DNA of 63,914 bases, filler included. It is 7 parts of 7 records of this genome, joined end to end, with 100 filler letters (N's around TTAATTAATTAA, not from the genome) between each part and the next. Parts side by side here need not be neighbours in the genome. Positions count along the whole stretch, not along the records: positions 6,416 to 22,170 come from SRR31147125_9494; 6 more parts are not named here. One strand, written 5' to 3'. How positions within the stretch are numbered: position 1 is the stretch's first letter; each line of letters begins with the position of its first letter. This document shows, one piece after another, positions 10,598-20,406 of the stretch. The notes under the pieces are model-generated. The model was given only the letters and a program-made list of their open reading frames with translations, was not told the origin of the DNA and made no database searches. A program made the translations under genes and the position numbers.

Positions 10598-11224
10598 ATG
10601 AATTTAAATATTAGAAAATTATCATTCATCGAGGAAATTGATTACAATTTTATAAAGTCGGCGCTTTCAGAATACAAGCATCCGCGGGTAAAAATTAATA
10701 ACCTGTTAAAAAAAAGAAGGATAATACGTGTAAAGAAAGGGCTGTATGTATTTGGACCGGAACTGGCAGAACAGCCCTTTTCAAAAGAAACACTGGCAAA
10801 TTTAATTTATGGTCCTTCATATATCTCACTCGAGTATGCTCTGGCGTTTTATGGACTCATCCCCGAACGGGTGGAGGTCGTTACCAGTGTTACAAATAAA
10901 AGAAATAAATTTTTCAACACACCTGTGGGCAACTTTACTTATCAGTATATTCATCCTTCGATATACACTTTTGGCGTCACTTTGTTTGAATTGGACAACT
11001 ATCATTCCATACTCATCGCCAACAAAGAGAAGGCCATGGCAGATATTCTCTATTTTAATGAAAAATTTGAAAACGAATCAAGATTAGAAAAATATATAGT
11101 GGAAAATAAAAGAATGGATTTAGAATCCATTGTCAGTCTTAATTTAAAGATCACAGAAAAACTGGCTTCATTGTATGGTCACAATGTCAATCTGTTTTAC
11201 AATCTATTAAGGAGTTATAAATGA
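10598..11224 (+). CDS. abiEi: Type IV TA antitoxin, AbiEi family
   Basis: IIRVKKGLY, PSYISLEYALAFYGLIPE and EKAMAD motifs; overlaps the toxin start. Confidence 0.85.
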   Translation: MNLNIRKLSFIEEIDYNFIKSALSEYKHPRVKINNLLKKRRIIRVKKGLYVFGPELAEQPFSKETLANLIYGPSYISLEYALAFYGLIPERVEVVTSVTNKRNKFFNTPVGNFTYQYIHPSIYTFGVTLFELDNYHSILIANKEKAMADILYFNEKFENESRLEKYIVENKRMDLESIVSLNLKITEKLASLYGHNVNLFYNLLRSYK

Positions 11225-12087
11225 ATGACGCCTTGAGGGTTATGCTTGATCGATATAAATGCAGCAGTGTTAATGATTATGAAAATGCCCTCAAAGAAAT
11301 TATTCAGGAAATCGCCTTACTTGGTTTATGGCGTTCCAAATTTTTTGAAAAAGCCGCTTTTTATGGGGGATCGGCCTTGAGAATTATGTATGGACTCAAT
11401 CGATTTTCAGAGGATCTTGATTTTTCTCTGTTATATAGAGATGATGAATTTTCTTTGAAAGCTTATTGCTCAGCCGTTGAAAATGAGTTAAAGAGTTTTG
11501 GTTTTTCGGTATCAGTAGAAACAAAAGTAAAAAAAATAAAAACAAATATTGATTCGATTTTTATTAAAGCAGATACTCTTAAAAATATGCTTATTATTAA
11601 TATCCCAGGCTCTTTAACCCCCAAAATACCTCCAGGTAAACTAATAAAGGTAAAGCTGGAGGTTGACAAGGACCCGCCAGGTGGTTTTGAAACGGAAGCC
11701 AAATATTTATTTCAACCGATTCCATTTTCCGTAAACACCTTCACGTTGCCACACCTTTATGCGGGTAAAATGCATGCCATTTTATGCCGATCCTGGGAAA
11801 GCAGAGTAAAAGGACGCGATTGGTATGATTTGACCTGGTACACAGGGCAGGATATTTCTCTGAGTTTGAAGCATCTGGAAAACCGTATGAAACAAACAAA
11901 GCATCTCAACGAAAATGATTCATTATCAGAAAAAAGTTTAAAACAGAAACTTTTGCAACGAATTCATAATATCGATTGGAACAGCGCTAAAAAAGATGTC
12001 GAAAATTTATTAAAAGACCCATCATCACTGGATCTCTGGTCTGATGAGTTTTTCAGTGTGGTTTGCGAAAGAATTAAAGTAATATAA
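11221..12087 (+). CDS. abiEii: Type IV TA toxin, AbiEii nucleotidyltransferase
   Basis: FYGGSALR..Y...RFSEDLDF, KLEVD, KMHA and KGRDWYD motifs. Confidence 0.92.
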   Translation: MNDALRVMLDRYKCSSVNDYENALKEIIQEIALLGLWRSKFFEKAAFYGGSALRIMYGLNRFSEDLDFSLLYRDDEFSLKAYCSAVENELKSFGFSVSVETKVKKIKTNIDSIFIKADTLKNMLIINIPGSLTPKIPPGKLIKVKLEVDKDPPGGFETEAKYLFQPIPFSVNTFTLPHLYAGKMHAILCRSWESRVKGRDWYDLTWYTGQDISLSLKHLENRMKQTKHLNENDSLSEKSLKQKLLQRIHNIDWNSAKKDVENLLKDPSSLDLWSDEFFSVVCERIKVI

Positions 12088-12199
12088 ACCACGAGACATT
12101 TGAAAAGAAAAAACCAATTTCCCTGGTTCGTGGTTTGTTCCTGTTTCAGAAACACTATTATTACATTATATAATCAATCAGGATAATAAAGGATTAGAA

Positions 12200-13219
12200 A
12201 TGACGCCAAAAGAACGTACTTTTAAATTCATACAAAACCAAAAAGTGGATCGTCCGCCATTTCACCCCATCATTATGCGATTTGCAGCAAAATATGCTGG
12301 TGTTAAATACAAGGAATTTTGCCTCGACTATAAAAGCAAGTGTATGGCCATGATAAAATGTGCTGACGATTTCTCTCTTGACTGGGTCACCGTCATGTCA
12401 GATCCATATGCTGAAGCAGAGGGATTTGACATGCAATTCACCTACCCTGAGGATGACCTGCCCAAACCAGTCGGTCCCTTGATCACAGACATCAACCAAA
12501 TCGATAACCTGACCTTACCAGACCTGAATAACAGCAAAAGAATGCTTAACAGGATTCATGAAATTGAGGAATTCGTCTCCAAAGTAGGTGAAAAATATTT
12601 TATCGTAGGCTGGGTGGAAGGTCCCATGGCAGAGTACACAAATCTCCGCAGTCTTTCAGAAGCCTGCATGGATCTTTATACGAATCAGGACAAAGTCAAA
12701 CTCGCGACAGAAATCATTATGGAAAATGCGATTCAGTTTATTACCGCCCAGATCAATGCCGGGGCGCATTGTATCGGCATAGGCGATGCTGCCTGTTCGC
12801 AAATAGGCCCGGATCTGTACAAACAATACTTTTTTGAACAAGAAAAGGAACTTGTGGACCACATTCATTCCCTGGGTGCGCTGGCCAAAATTCACATCTG
12901 CGGCAATACCACTTCCATTCTGCCCGATATCATTAAAACCGGCGCAGACATTGTCGACGTGGATCACATGGTAACACCCATGGATCCGTTCAATTCTTGT
13001 CTATCCACAGGGCAGGTTCTATGCGGCAACAGTGATCCTGTAACCGTCATACAGGATGGTTCCAAAGAAACCATCTTTCACAGTGTCCGGGATTGTTTTC
13101 AGCAAACCCGAAAACGCGGAATCGTATCAGCAGGATGCGAAATAACACCAAACACCAGCGTTGATAATTTTGCACTCTATGGTGATGCCGCAAGATCCCT
13201 TGCTATTGATTCCATTTAG
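12200..13219 (+). CDS. Uroporphyrinogen decarboxylase-family protein (MtaA/CmuA-like methylcobamide methyltransferase fold)
   Basis: EAEGF, EGP, HICG and SAGCE zinc-ligand motifs. Confidence 0.82.
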   Translation: MTPKERTFKFIQNQKVDRPPFHPIIMRFAAKYAGVKYKEFCLDYKSKCMAMIKCADDFSLDWVTVMSDPYAEAEGFDMQFTYPEDDLPKPVGPLITDINQIDNLTLPDLNNSKRMLNRIHEIEEFVSKVGEKYFIVGWVEGPMAEYTNLRSLSEACMDLYTNQDKVKLATEIIMENAIQFITAQINAGAHCIGIGDAACSQIGPDLYKQYFFEQEKELVDHIHSLGALAKIHICGNTTSILPDIIKTGADIVDVDHMVTPMDPFNSCLSTGQVLCGNSDPVTVIQDGSKETIFHSVRDCFQQTRKRGIVSAGCEITPNTSVDNFALYGDAARSLAIDSI

Positions 13220-13295
13220 GTTATTTTTAATTAGAAAGGATTTTGCATCAGTTTCCATCTCAATAGCACAACAAAACTTAAAATATGGAGGTAAT

Positions 13296-14264
13296 ATGTC
13301 TTTTGCTCGCCATGCCCTTATTTTCATCATGGTAACTTGCAATTTCCTGACTCTTTATTGTTCTTCTAAAAAAATGATACAACTAAAGCCAGAACAACTT
13401 TTACCACAAAAGATGGTTTCACTTTCAAACGAACACATTAAAGCCGTTATTGTTGACAATTCAGCTTATGGAGAGGTGCACAGAGCAGGTTATAACGGCA
13501 TCTCAGAATTGTCACATACAGCCCAGGATTCCTTCATATTTGTGCCTAATTATGCCGGATTCAACCTGGAACACATATTTGGCGGCGATAGTCTGGTTCA
13601 ATTGTTTGAGCCACGCAAACATCCCATGCAGCTCTATCAAATCTCTGACAACGAAATATTATTATACCAATCACCTACACCTCTCTCTCAAGTGGAAAGT
13701 CAAACAATCTTTAAACTCGTGGATCCGCATTATATTGATGTGACGTTTCGATGTATTTTCCGTTCAAAAGACTTTTTCAAACACGATTATGCCGGATTTT
13801 TCTGGGCCAGTTATATTAACAAACCACAGGATAAAAAGATCTATTTTCGCGGACGCGATAAACAATCCAGTGTTTATGAATGGATCTCCGCCTACTCAGA
13901 AAAACACGGTCAAAAGAGCACTCACCTCTGGGAAAACGATAATTTTAACATCTATTTTCAACCTAATTTTAATGCCACTCTGGCCAGCCACTTCTCAGAC
14001 TATGTTTATCAGTTCCCGTTCTATTATGGCCGCTTTCACAACATGGTCCTGGCCTATTTCTTTGACCGCTCGGAAGGCATTCGATTCTCACAATCCCCAA
14101 CCGGTGGCGGCGCAACAAATCCTGCCTGGGATTTTCAGTATATTATACCAAATTTTAAAGTAGGACAAGAGTATTCCTTTCACGCCCGCATTGTCTATAA
14201 AAAATTTAAAAACCAGGAAGATATTCTTGACGAGTATCAAAAATGGAAAAAGGGTGAAAATTAA
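13296..14264 (+). CDS. Exported hypothetical protein, possibly with a beta-sandwich carbohydrate-related fold
   Basis: ATG 13296 follows GGAGG; hydrophobic N-terminus; HRAGYNGI, GFNLEHIF and NPAWDFQ segments; function not recognised. Confidence 0.6.
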   Translation: MSFARHALIFIMVTCNFLTLYCSSKKMIQLKPEQLLPQKMVSLSNEHIKAVIVDNSAYGEVHRAGYNGISELSHTAQDSFIFVPNYAGFNLEHIFGGDSLVQLFEPRKHPMQLYQISDNEILLYQSPTPLSQVESQTIFKLVDPHYIDVTFRCIFRSKDFFKHDYAGFFWASYINKPQDKKIYFRGRDKQSSVYEWISAYSEKHGQKSTHLWENDNFNIYFQPNFNATLASHFSDYVYQFPFYYGRFHNMVLAYFFDRSEGIRFSQSPTGGGATNPAWDFQYIIPNFKVGQEYSFHARIVYKKFKNQEDILDEYQKWKKGEN

Positions 14265-14305
14265 TAACCACATAACCAAATAAATTTCCAGGGAATACAA
14301 AATTA

Positions 14306-15160
14306 ATGACCAATAAATCTGTCACCAAAATACGACAAATGAACCCCAGAGACATACCGTTTCTAATGTCCCTTATCGAGGAAGCCGGATGGAATCAAAT
14401 CGAATCCGACTGGTCTCGTTATATGGATCTGAATCCACAGGGCTGTTTTATTGCCGAATACAATGGCGCCCCAGCTGGTTCCGCAACCACAATAACCTAT
14501 GAAGATAAAATCGGCTGGATCGGCATGGTGATTGTGCCACAAAGCTTTCGTGGCAAAGGCATCGCCACTGTGCTATTGCAGCACTGTATCTCTTTTTTAA
14601 AAGAAAATGTCCGGGTTATCAAACTCGATGCGACCCCCATGGGAAAACCGGTATATGAAAAACTCGGTTTTAAAACAGAATATCCCATCTCCCGTATGAT
14701 TGGACAGGGATCCCTGTTCGAACTCGACATACCTCTTGAGAATATGAAGTCCTGCCTGGACCAGACTTTAAAAATGGACAAAATCGCCTTTGGCGTTTCA
14801 AGAGAATACATTATCCGGAGGTTAGCCAACGAATATGCCCACTATGTCTTATGTTTCAAAGAAAAGAAAAAATCAACAGGTTATATTATGGCCAACGCTG
14901 GCAGAGAAGCCTGGCACATTGGTCCCTGGGTGGCTGAAGATGAAACAACAGCCAAAACACTGCTAAAAACCCTGCTATCCAAACTTGAGGGCAAGGAAAT
15001 AATAATGGACGTGCCTCACGTCAACGAGGCCGCATTAAATATATGCCAGGCTTTGGGATTCCTTGAGCAGCGTCCCCTGATTCGTATGTATTATGGTGAA
15101 AATAAATGGCCGGGCCAAACCGATCTCATATATGCCACAGCCCGACCTGAAAAAGGTTAA
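14306..15160 (+). CDS. GNAT acetyltransferase with tandem GNAT-like domain
   Basis: FRGKGIA acetyl-CoA motif, LDATPMG.PVYEKLGF, IGPWVA. Confidence 0.88.
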   Translation: MTNKSVTKIRQMNPRDIPFLMSLIEEAGWNQIESDWSRYMDLNPQGCFIAEYNGAPAGSATTITYEDKIGWIGMVIVPQSFRGKGIATVLLQHCISFLKENVRVIKLDATPMGKPVYEKLGFKTEYPISRMIGQGSLFELDIPLENMKSCLDQTLKMDKIAFGVSREYIIRRLANEYAHYVLCFKEKKKSTGYIMANAGREAWHIGPWVAEDETTAKTLLKTLLSKLEGKEIIMDVPHVNEAALNICQALGFLEQRPLIRMYYGENKWPGQTDLIYATARPEKG

Positions 15161-15195
15161 ATATTTTTATTGGATGCTTTGGGTAGATTTTCCAT

Positions 15196-15227
15196 AAAAA
15201 AAGCCGATCGTTTGACCGGCTTTTTTT
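15196..15227. terminator. Bidirectional intrinsic terminator
   Basis: A7-GCCG...CGGC-T7 between convergent genes. Confidence 0.8.
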
Positions 15228-15236
15228 ATGTATTAA

Positions 15237-15428
15237 TTAGACCAACAACTCGTTCATAATAGAGTCCACTTTGGCTCTATCCTCCTTTGACATGTTACGA
15301 AGAATCCGCTTATGATCCCTGGCTGCATGTTCATACATTTTTTTCTTCACCTCATCCGCCGTCTCCCCTGATGCGACATAATCGCAATCACTCATTGTAT
15401 CTTTGCAGGACAACGACTTCATATTCAT
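15237..15428 (-). CDS. Small DUF1059-like metal-binding protein
   Basis: CKD....CDY...GET..EV......HA..H pattern; GGAGG RBS upstream. Confidence 0.8.
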   Translation of the reverse strand: MNMKSLSCKDTMSDCDYVASGETADEVKKKMYEHAARDHKRILRNMSKEDRAKVDSIMNELLV

Positions 15429-15746
15429 TTACCTCCATTTATATATCAGACTATAAATGGTCCCCGACCATACGATTAATTTGTCAGAATTATTTTCTTC
15501 TATGGATGAAAAAAGTTATAACAGTTTCCTGGCGAGTTCACGATTTCAAAACAAGACGGAAGTGAAATAAAAAACAGAAAAAAAGATGTTGAAATTCCCG
15601 CTTTCTAAAATAATTTTTTACCAGATAAAAAATTATATTTATTAGACTTGCTTGTTTTTAATTTTTATTTAAATTATATAAAATTCGTTCCCCCACCCTG
15701 AATAATACAGATAAGAGATAAAGACAATATCCGCCAAGGAGCAAAA

Positions 15747-18590
15747 ATGCTAAAAAACAGATCGCTCGTTTTCCTTATGATCATCATACTGGTAGCAGGC
15801 TTCCAGGCCATGGCAGCCACGATCCCTACATCACTCACATGTGAATACAAAACAAATCCCCTGGGTATCGACACGCCTAATCCCAGGTTAAGCTGGATTA
15901 TCGAATCCACAGAACGCGGGCAAATACAAACCGCCTGCCAAATCCTGGTGTCATCCACCCCGGAAAATCTGGACAAAAATAATGGTGATTTATGGGACAG
16001 CGGGAAAATTTTATCATCCAACAGCCTCAGTGTTGTCTACGAGGGAAAAAAATTACAAAGCAGTAAAAGATATTACTGGAAAGTTCGGGTATGGGATAAA
16101 AACCAGCATGTTTCGCAATGGAGTTCACCGGCCTGGTGGGAAACCGCTTTATTGAACCCAAACGACTGGCACGCATCCTGGATAAATGATGGCAAATCCG
16201 ATCCTCAGCAACTTGAAGATTTTTATAAAAACGATCCGGCACCGCTTTTTCGAACCGAATTTAAAGCAGCTAAAGAAATCAAAATGGCTCGTCTGTATAT
16301 CAGCGGACTCGGTTATTACAAAGCGTTTTTGAATGGACAACTTATCGGTGATTTTCAGTTGGATCCGGGCTGGACAACCTATAGCAAACGTGTCCTTTAT
16401 TCCACCTATGATGTCACTCCGTTATTAGAGCAAGGAGATAATGCCATGGGTGTTATGCTGGGTAACGGCTGGTATAATCCCCTGCCCATGCGCATGTGGG
16501 GCAGGTACAATTTACGCGAGAATTTGACCATTGGTCGCCCTTCCTTTATTGCCCGGTTGCAAGTAGAATATGTTGACGGCAGCATAGAGACCATTGTGAG
16601 CGATAAAAACTGGAAAGTGACAGAAGGTCCCATTTTACGCAATAATGTATACCTTGGAGAGATTTATGACGCCCGTAAAGAAATACCCGGATGGAACAAA
16701 GCCGGATTTAACGATTCAAAATGGCGTCAGGCAGAAAAAACAAAAGGACCGATTGGTACATTGACTTGCCAGTCCGCTCCGCCGATCAGAATAACCGCTA
16801 AAATCAAACCAATCGCCATCACCGAACCAAAACCTGACGTTTACATATTTGATATGGGACAAAATTTTGCCGGGTGGGTCAAACTTAAAGTCAAAGGGCC
16901 GGCAGGTACAAAAGTAAAACTGCGATATGGCGAACTTCTCTATCCGGATTCGTTACAGTTTCATGACAAGGTCGGCACCAGATGGGAAGCTCCGGATATC
17001 TACCCGGGAGCACTCAATCTTATGACCACCTGTAGTGGACAGATAAAACCCAACAACGCCAAACCAGGTCCTGGTGCGCCCGACTTTGCCTATCAGAGTG
17101 ACACCTACATTCTCAAAGGCGACGGCGAGGAGGAGTATATTCCCAGCTTTACCTTCCGCGGTTTTCGTTATGTGGAAGTGACCGGTTATCCGGGAAAACC
17201 GTCGCTGGAAACCATTGAAGGCCTGCGCCTTAATTCAGACGTCAAAAGTGTGGGTTCTTTCTCCTGTTCCAATGAGCTGTTTAATCGCATACAAAAAATG
17301 GTGCGATGGACCATGCTCAGTAACCTCTTTAGTGTCCAATCCGATTGTCCGGCGCGGGAAAAATTCGGTTATGGAGGCGATATTGTCGGTTCCTGTGAAG
17401 CCTTTATGTATAATTTTGACATGTCCACATTTTATGAAAAAGCTATACACGACTTTAGTGATGCCCTGCGTCCAAATGGCGGACTCACGGAAACCGCACC
17501 TTATATCGGCATCGCTGCTGAAGGATTCGGCGAAGGCACCGGTCCTATTGGCTGGACAATTGCCCATCCACTCCTGCAGCAGCAGCTTTACCGGTATTAC
17601 GGCAACAAACGCATGATGCAGGAACAGCAGGAACTGAATAAAAGCTGGATCGATTTCCTCCGTACACAAATCCCGAATGATACCATCGGATATGGCATTG
17701 GCGATCATGAAAGCCTGGATCCCAAACCCACGCCAGTGACCAGCACCTCTTTTTATTATCATAATGCCTTGCTGGTGTCAGAACTGGAACAACTGCTTGG
17801 CAACCAAAAATCAGCAAAAAAATACAATGACCTTGCACAGCAGGTCAAAAAAACGTTTTTAGCCACGTTCTTAAAGTCAGGCACAGGCCAGGTTTACACC
17901 GGCACTCAGGCATGTCAGGCTTTTGCTCTATATCTTGATCTCTTACCGGAATCCGAACGCAAGGCTGCGGCTGATAGTCTGCTCAGTCAGATTCTCGACC
18001 ACCATAATGGCCATGTCTCAACCGGTATTTTCGCAACAAAATATGTCTTAAATGTGTTAACGCAAATAGGACGAGCGGATGTCGCCTTTAAAATGGTGAA
18101 TCAAAAGACCTTCCCGGGCTGGGGTTACATGCTGGAAAACGGCGCCACCACGTTATGGGAACATTGGGCTTTCAGCGATTATGTCTATTCTCACAACCAT
18201 CCCATGTTCGGTATGGTCAGCGAATGGTTCTTTAAAGCTCTGGCTGGTATAAACTTTGATCCGGAATCGCAGGGATTTGATAAAATCATCATCAGCCCGA
18301 ATATCGTCGGTGATTTAACCTGGGCTAAAGGAGAATATGAATCCATAAGAGGTAAAATCGTCAGCAGCTGGGGCATCAGTCAGGACAAACTTTACCTGGA
18401 CGTCACCATCCCGGCCAACACAACCGCTACTGTGGTCATCCCAACGCCCGACGCAAACAGCATCACTGAAAACGGTGTCCCTGTAGTACAAGTAGAGGGC
18501 GTTACTTTGTTGAAAATGGAAGATAATAAATGCTTTTTTAAGGTAGGTTCGGGTGATTATCGGTTTAGTGCGATGATGCCCCCTAAATAA
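15747..18590 (+). CDS. Alpha-L-rhamnosidase (GH78), secreted
   Basis: Signal peptide; DMGQNFAGW, FRGFRYVEV, DCPAREK.G..GD, GATTLWEHW and SHNHPMFG motifs. Confidence 0.93.
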   Translation: MLKNRSLVFLMIIILVAGFQAMAATIPTSLTCEYKTNPLGIDTPNPRLSWIIESTERGQIQTACQILVSSTPENLDKNNGDLWDSGKILSSNSLSVVYEGKKLQSSKRYYWKVRVWDKNQHVSQWSSPAWWETALLNPNDWHASWINDGKSDPQQLEDFYKNDPAPLFRTEFKAAKEIKMARLYISGLGYYKAFLNGQLIGDFQLDPGWTTYSKRVLYSTYDVTPLLEQGDNAMGVMLGNGWYNPLPMRMWGRYNLRENLTIGRPSFIARLQVEYVDGSIETIVSDKNWKVTEGPILRNNVYLGEIYDARKEIPGWNKAGFNDSKWRQAEKTKGPIGTLTCQSAPPIRITAKIKPIAITEPKPDVYIFDMGQNFAGWVKLKVKGPAGTKVKLRYGELLYPDSLQFHDKVGTRWEAPDIYPGALNLMTTCSGQIKPNNAKPGPGAPDFAYQSDTYILKGDGEEEYIPSFTFRGFRYVEVTGYPGKPSLETIEGLRLNSDVKSVGSFSCSNELFNRIQKMVRWTMLSNLFSVQSDCPAREKFGYGGDIVGSCEAFMYNFDMSTFYEKAIHDFSDALRPNGGLTETAPYIGIAAEGFGEGTGPIGWTIAHPLLQQQLYRYYGNKRMMQEQQELNKSWIDFLRTQIPNDTIGYGIGDHESLDPKPTPVTSTSFYYHNALLVSELEQLLGNQKSAKKYNDLAQQVKKTFLATFLKSGTGQVYTGTQACQAFALYLDLLPESERKAAADSLLSQILDHHNGHVSTGIFATKYVLNVLTQIGRADVAFKMVNQKTFPGWGYMLENGATTLWEHWAFSDYVYSHNHPMFGMVSEWFFKALAGINFDPESQGFDKIIISPNIVGDLTWAKGEYESIRGKIVSSWGISQDKLYLDVTIPANTTATVVIPTPDANSITENGVPVVQVEGVTLLKMEDNKCFFKVGSGDYRFSAMMPPK

Positions 18591-18605
18591 TAAAATCTCA
18601 ATTTT

Positions 18606-18633
18606 TTGGAGTGTAATGACTGTGTCATTGCAC
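18606..18633. repeat. REP-like hairpin, copy 1
   Basis: TTGGAGTGTAATGAC-TGT-GTCATTGCAC; near-identical to 22142-22168. Confidence 0.7.
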
Positions 18634-18777
18634 AGGCTGTCATTAGCATATAACTTGAAATTAAGAAAGTATTTAAGAAAACTTGTGCTAATAAATTAAA
18701 AAAGATTTGACATTGTAAAGATTAATTACCAATATATTAGTGCCTTTGCCTATTGGTTAAGGATCAAAACGGCTTCT

Positions 18778-18812
18778 ACCCGCTGTGCCATTTTTAAAAC
18801 AGCGGGTTTTTT
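18778..18812 (+). terminator. Intrinsic terminator
   Basis: ACCCGCTGT...ACAGCGGGT followed by T-run. Confidence 0.7.
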
Positions 18813-18891
18813 ATGTAATTGCGATTAGCTAACATAACATATATATTCCGATTGTACCTGAAACCCTCCCGGGAAGACCATTATTAGAATT

Positions 18892-20139
18892 CTATTTATC
18901 CATTAATTTATAAGCATAGAGCCAACCGTTTGCTGTTGTTATCATAACATTATTGTCAAAATAACGGAAACCATTAATACTTTCAGGCATTATTGCTTTA
19001 AGCAATTGTTCACCAGAGTTAATTTCGTATAAAAATGCTTGCTGTCTTTTACCAGATCTATTCATTCCTAAAATAGTTAATTTAGAATCTTGAATTGAAA
19101 TAGAATACAAATCTTTAAAAGACTGCTTTAAAATACTATTTAAATTTAATTGCCAAATTATATCATTTTTATCTTTATTGAAGGCAATTATTTGAAAGGA
19201 GTATGTATCATTTATTTCTTTGCAGGCGGTATATAAAATAATATTATTCGAAAGACTGATATATTTGCCATCAAAATTTAAAAGTTCAATAGAATGATAT
19301 AACGCTCTATCACTTTTATCTCTGGTTTCTAATACAGACTTTTCCGTATTTTCATCTCTATGTATTATATATAATGTATCTTTTTTAATATCAACCAAAG
19401 AACCCTTCAGTGACCATTTCATATCTGTTATATTGTCTTTATTGTAAACAAAAAGCGTGTTATTATTCTGGTCATCTTTTGTATTAATAAATATATCCGC
19501 ATCAATGTAGCTGCTGACCAACTTGCTCGGCAGTTTATGGTCTTGTATTAATTCACCTGAAAATTTATCAAGTTTGCTGATATAGGTTCCTTGGCCTTGA
19601 CCTGATGAGAAAACATACATAAATAAAGAATCAAAAAGAATATTTTGAGTAAAATTGCAGGGATATTCCCATAACAGTTCGTAATTTTGTTTTGCAAATG
19701 CATATATTTTATCCATTGCTCCAAGATATATATTGTTTCCATCTTCAAATATTTTCGCATAGTTATTTTCACCTATTGAAAATCGCCAAATTTCTTTTCC
19801 ATTTGTACTATTATATGAAATAATTTCGGGATCAATGTAATCAAACACTAAATTTCCACTTTGTGAAATATAAGGTAGGAAACTAAAAAAATTAGCTCTA
19901 CCAATTGCCATTACAATATCCAAACTTTCATATGGATCAACGATTCGACTCTTAGCTATCCAATTAAGATTAACTTTTTTATGAAGAGATCTCATTTCAT
20001 TTTTTTTAAAATAGTTATCATAAGAATCCGGATAATATCTCATAAGCATTTGACAATTCATGTTTAACAATAATGATAAAATCACCAGTATATTTATTTT
20101 TAAATTCAAATGATTACTCCCAATTTTAAAAATGACCAA
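18892..20139 (-). CDS. PQQ-like beta-propeller protein (BamB-like), possibly a lipoprotein
   Basis: Repeated GxxxW segments (NGKEIWRF, LLWEY, MKWS, IIWQ); C-terminal GWLYAY; AT-rich; start uncertain. Confidence 0.65.
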   Translation of the reverse strand: MVIFKIGSNHLNLKINILVILSLLLNMNCQMLMRYYPDSYDNYFKKNEMRSLHKKVNLNWIAKSRIVDPYESLDIVMAIGRANFFSFLPYISQSGNLVFDYIDPEIISYNSTNGKEIWRFSIGENNYAKIFEDGNNIYLGAMDKIYAFAKQNYELLWEYPCNFTQNILFDSLFMYVFSSGQGQGTYISKLDKFSGELIQDHKLPSKLVSSYIDADIFINTKDDQNNNTLFVYNKDNITDMKWSLKGSLVDIKKDTLYIIHRDENTEKSVLETRDKSDRALYHSIELLNFDGKYISLSNNIILYTACKEINDTYSFQIIAFNKDKNDIIWQLNLNSILKQSFKDLYSISIQDSKLTILGMNRSGKRQQAFLYEINSGEQLLKAIMPESINGFRYFDNNVMITTANGWLYAYKLMDK

Positions 20140-20236
20140 AAAGAAAATGGGTAATAATAGCCTACTATTTTTTCTCGTTTGCTAATTCAGGCAGAAAAGG
20201 ATTATCGAATCCCCGAGCGATCACACTTTTTGTGTT

Positions 20237-20257
20237 TGCAATAACTGTATCATTGCA
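20237..20257. repeat. REP-like hairpin, degenerate copy
   Basis: TGCAATAAC-TGT-ATCATTGCA, two differences from the core at 22149-22168. Confidence 0.5.
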
Positions 20258-20268
20258 CCAATTGTCAA

Positions 20269-20395
20269 AACCACAGATTCTCGCTGATTACTGGATTTCG
20301 CAGATCAGAAATAGTCCTTTCCATAACTTCCATCACAACGCATAACATATTTCTTTTAATCTGCGCAATCAGAGTAATCAGCTTAATCTGCGGTT
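20269..20395. repeat. Long imperfect inverted repeat built of GATT units
   Basis: Left AACCACAGATTCTCGCTGATTACTGGATTTCGCAGAT; reverse complement of right arm AACCGCAGATTAAGCTGATTACTCTGATTGCGCAGAT. Confidence 0.7.
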
Positions 20396-20406
20396 CAGAC
20401 AAAAAT

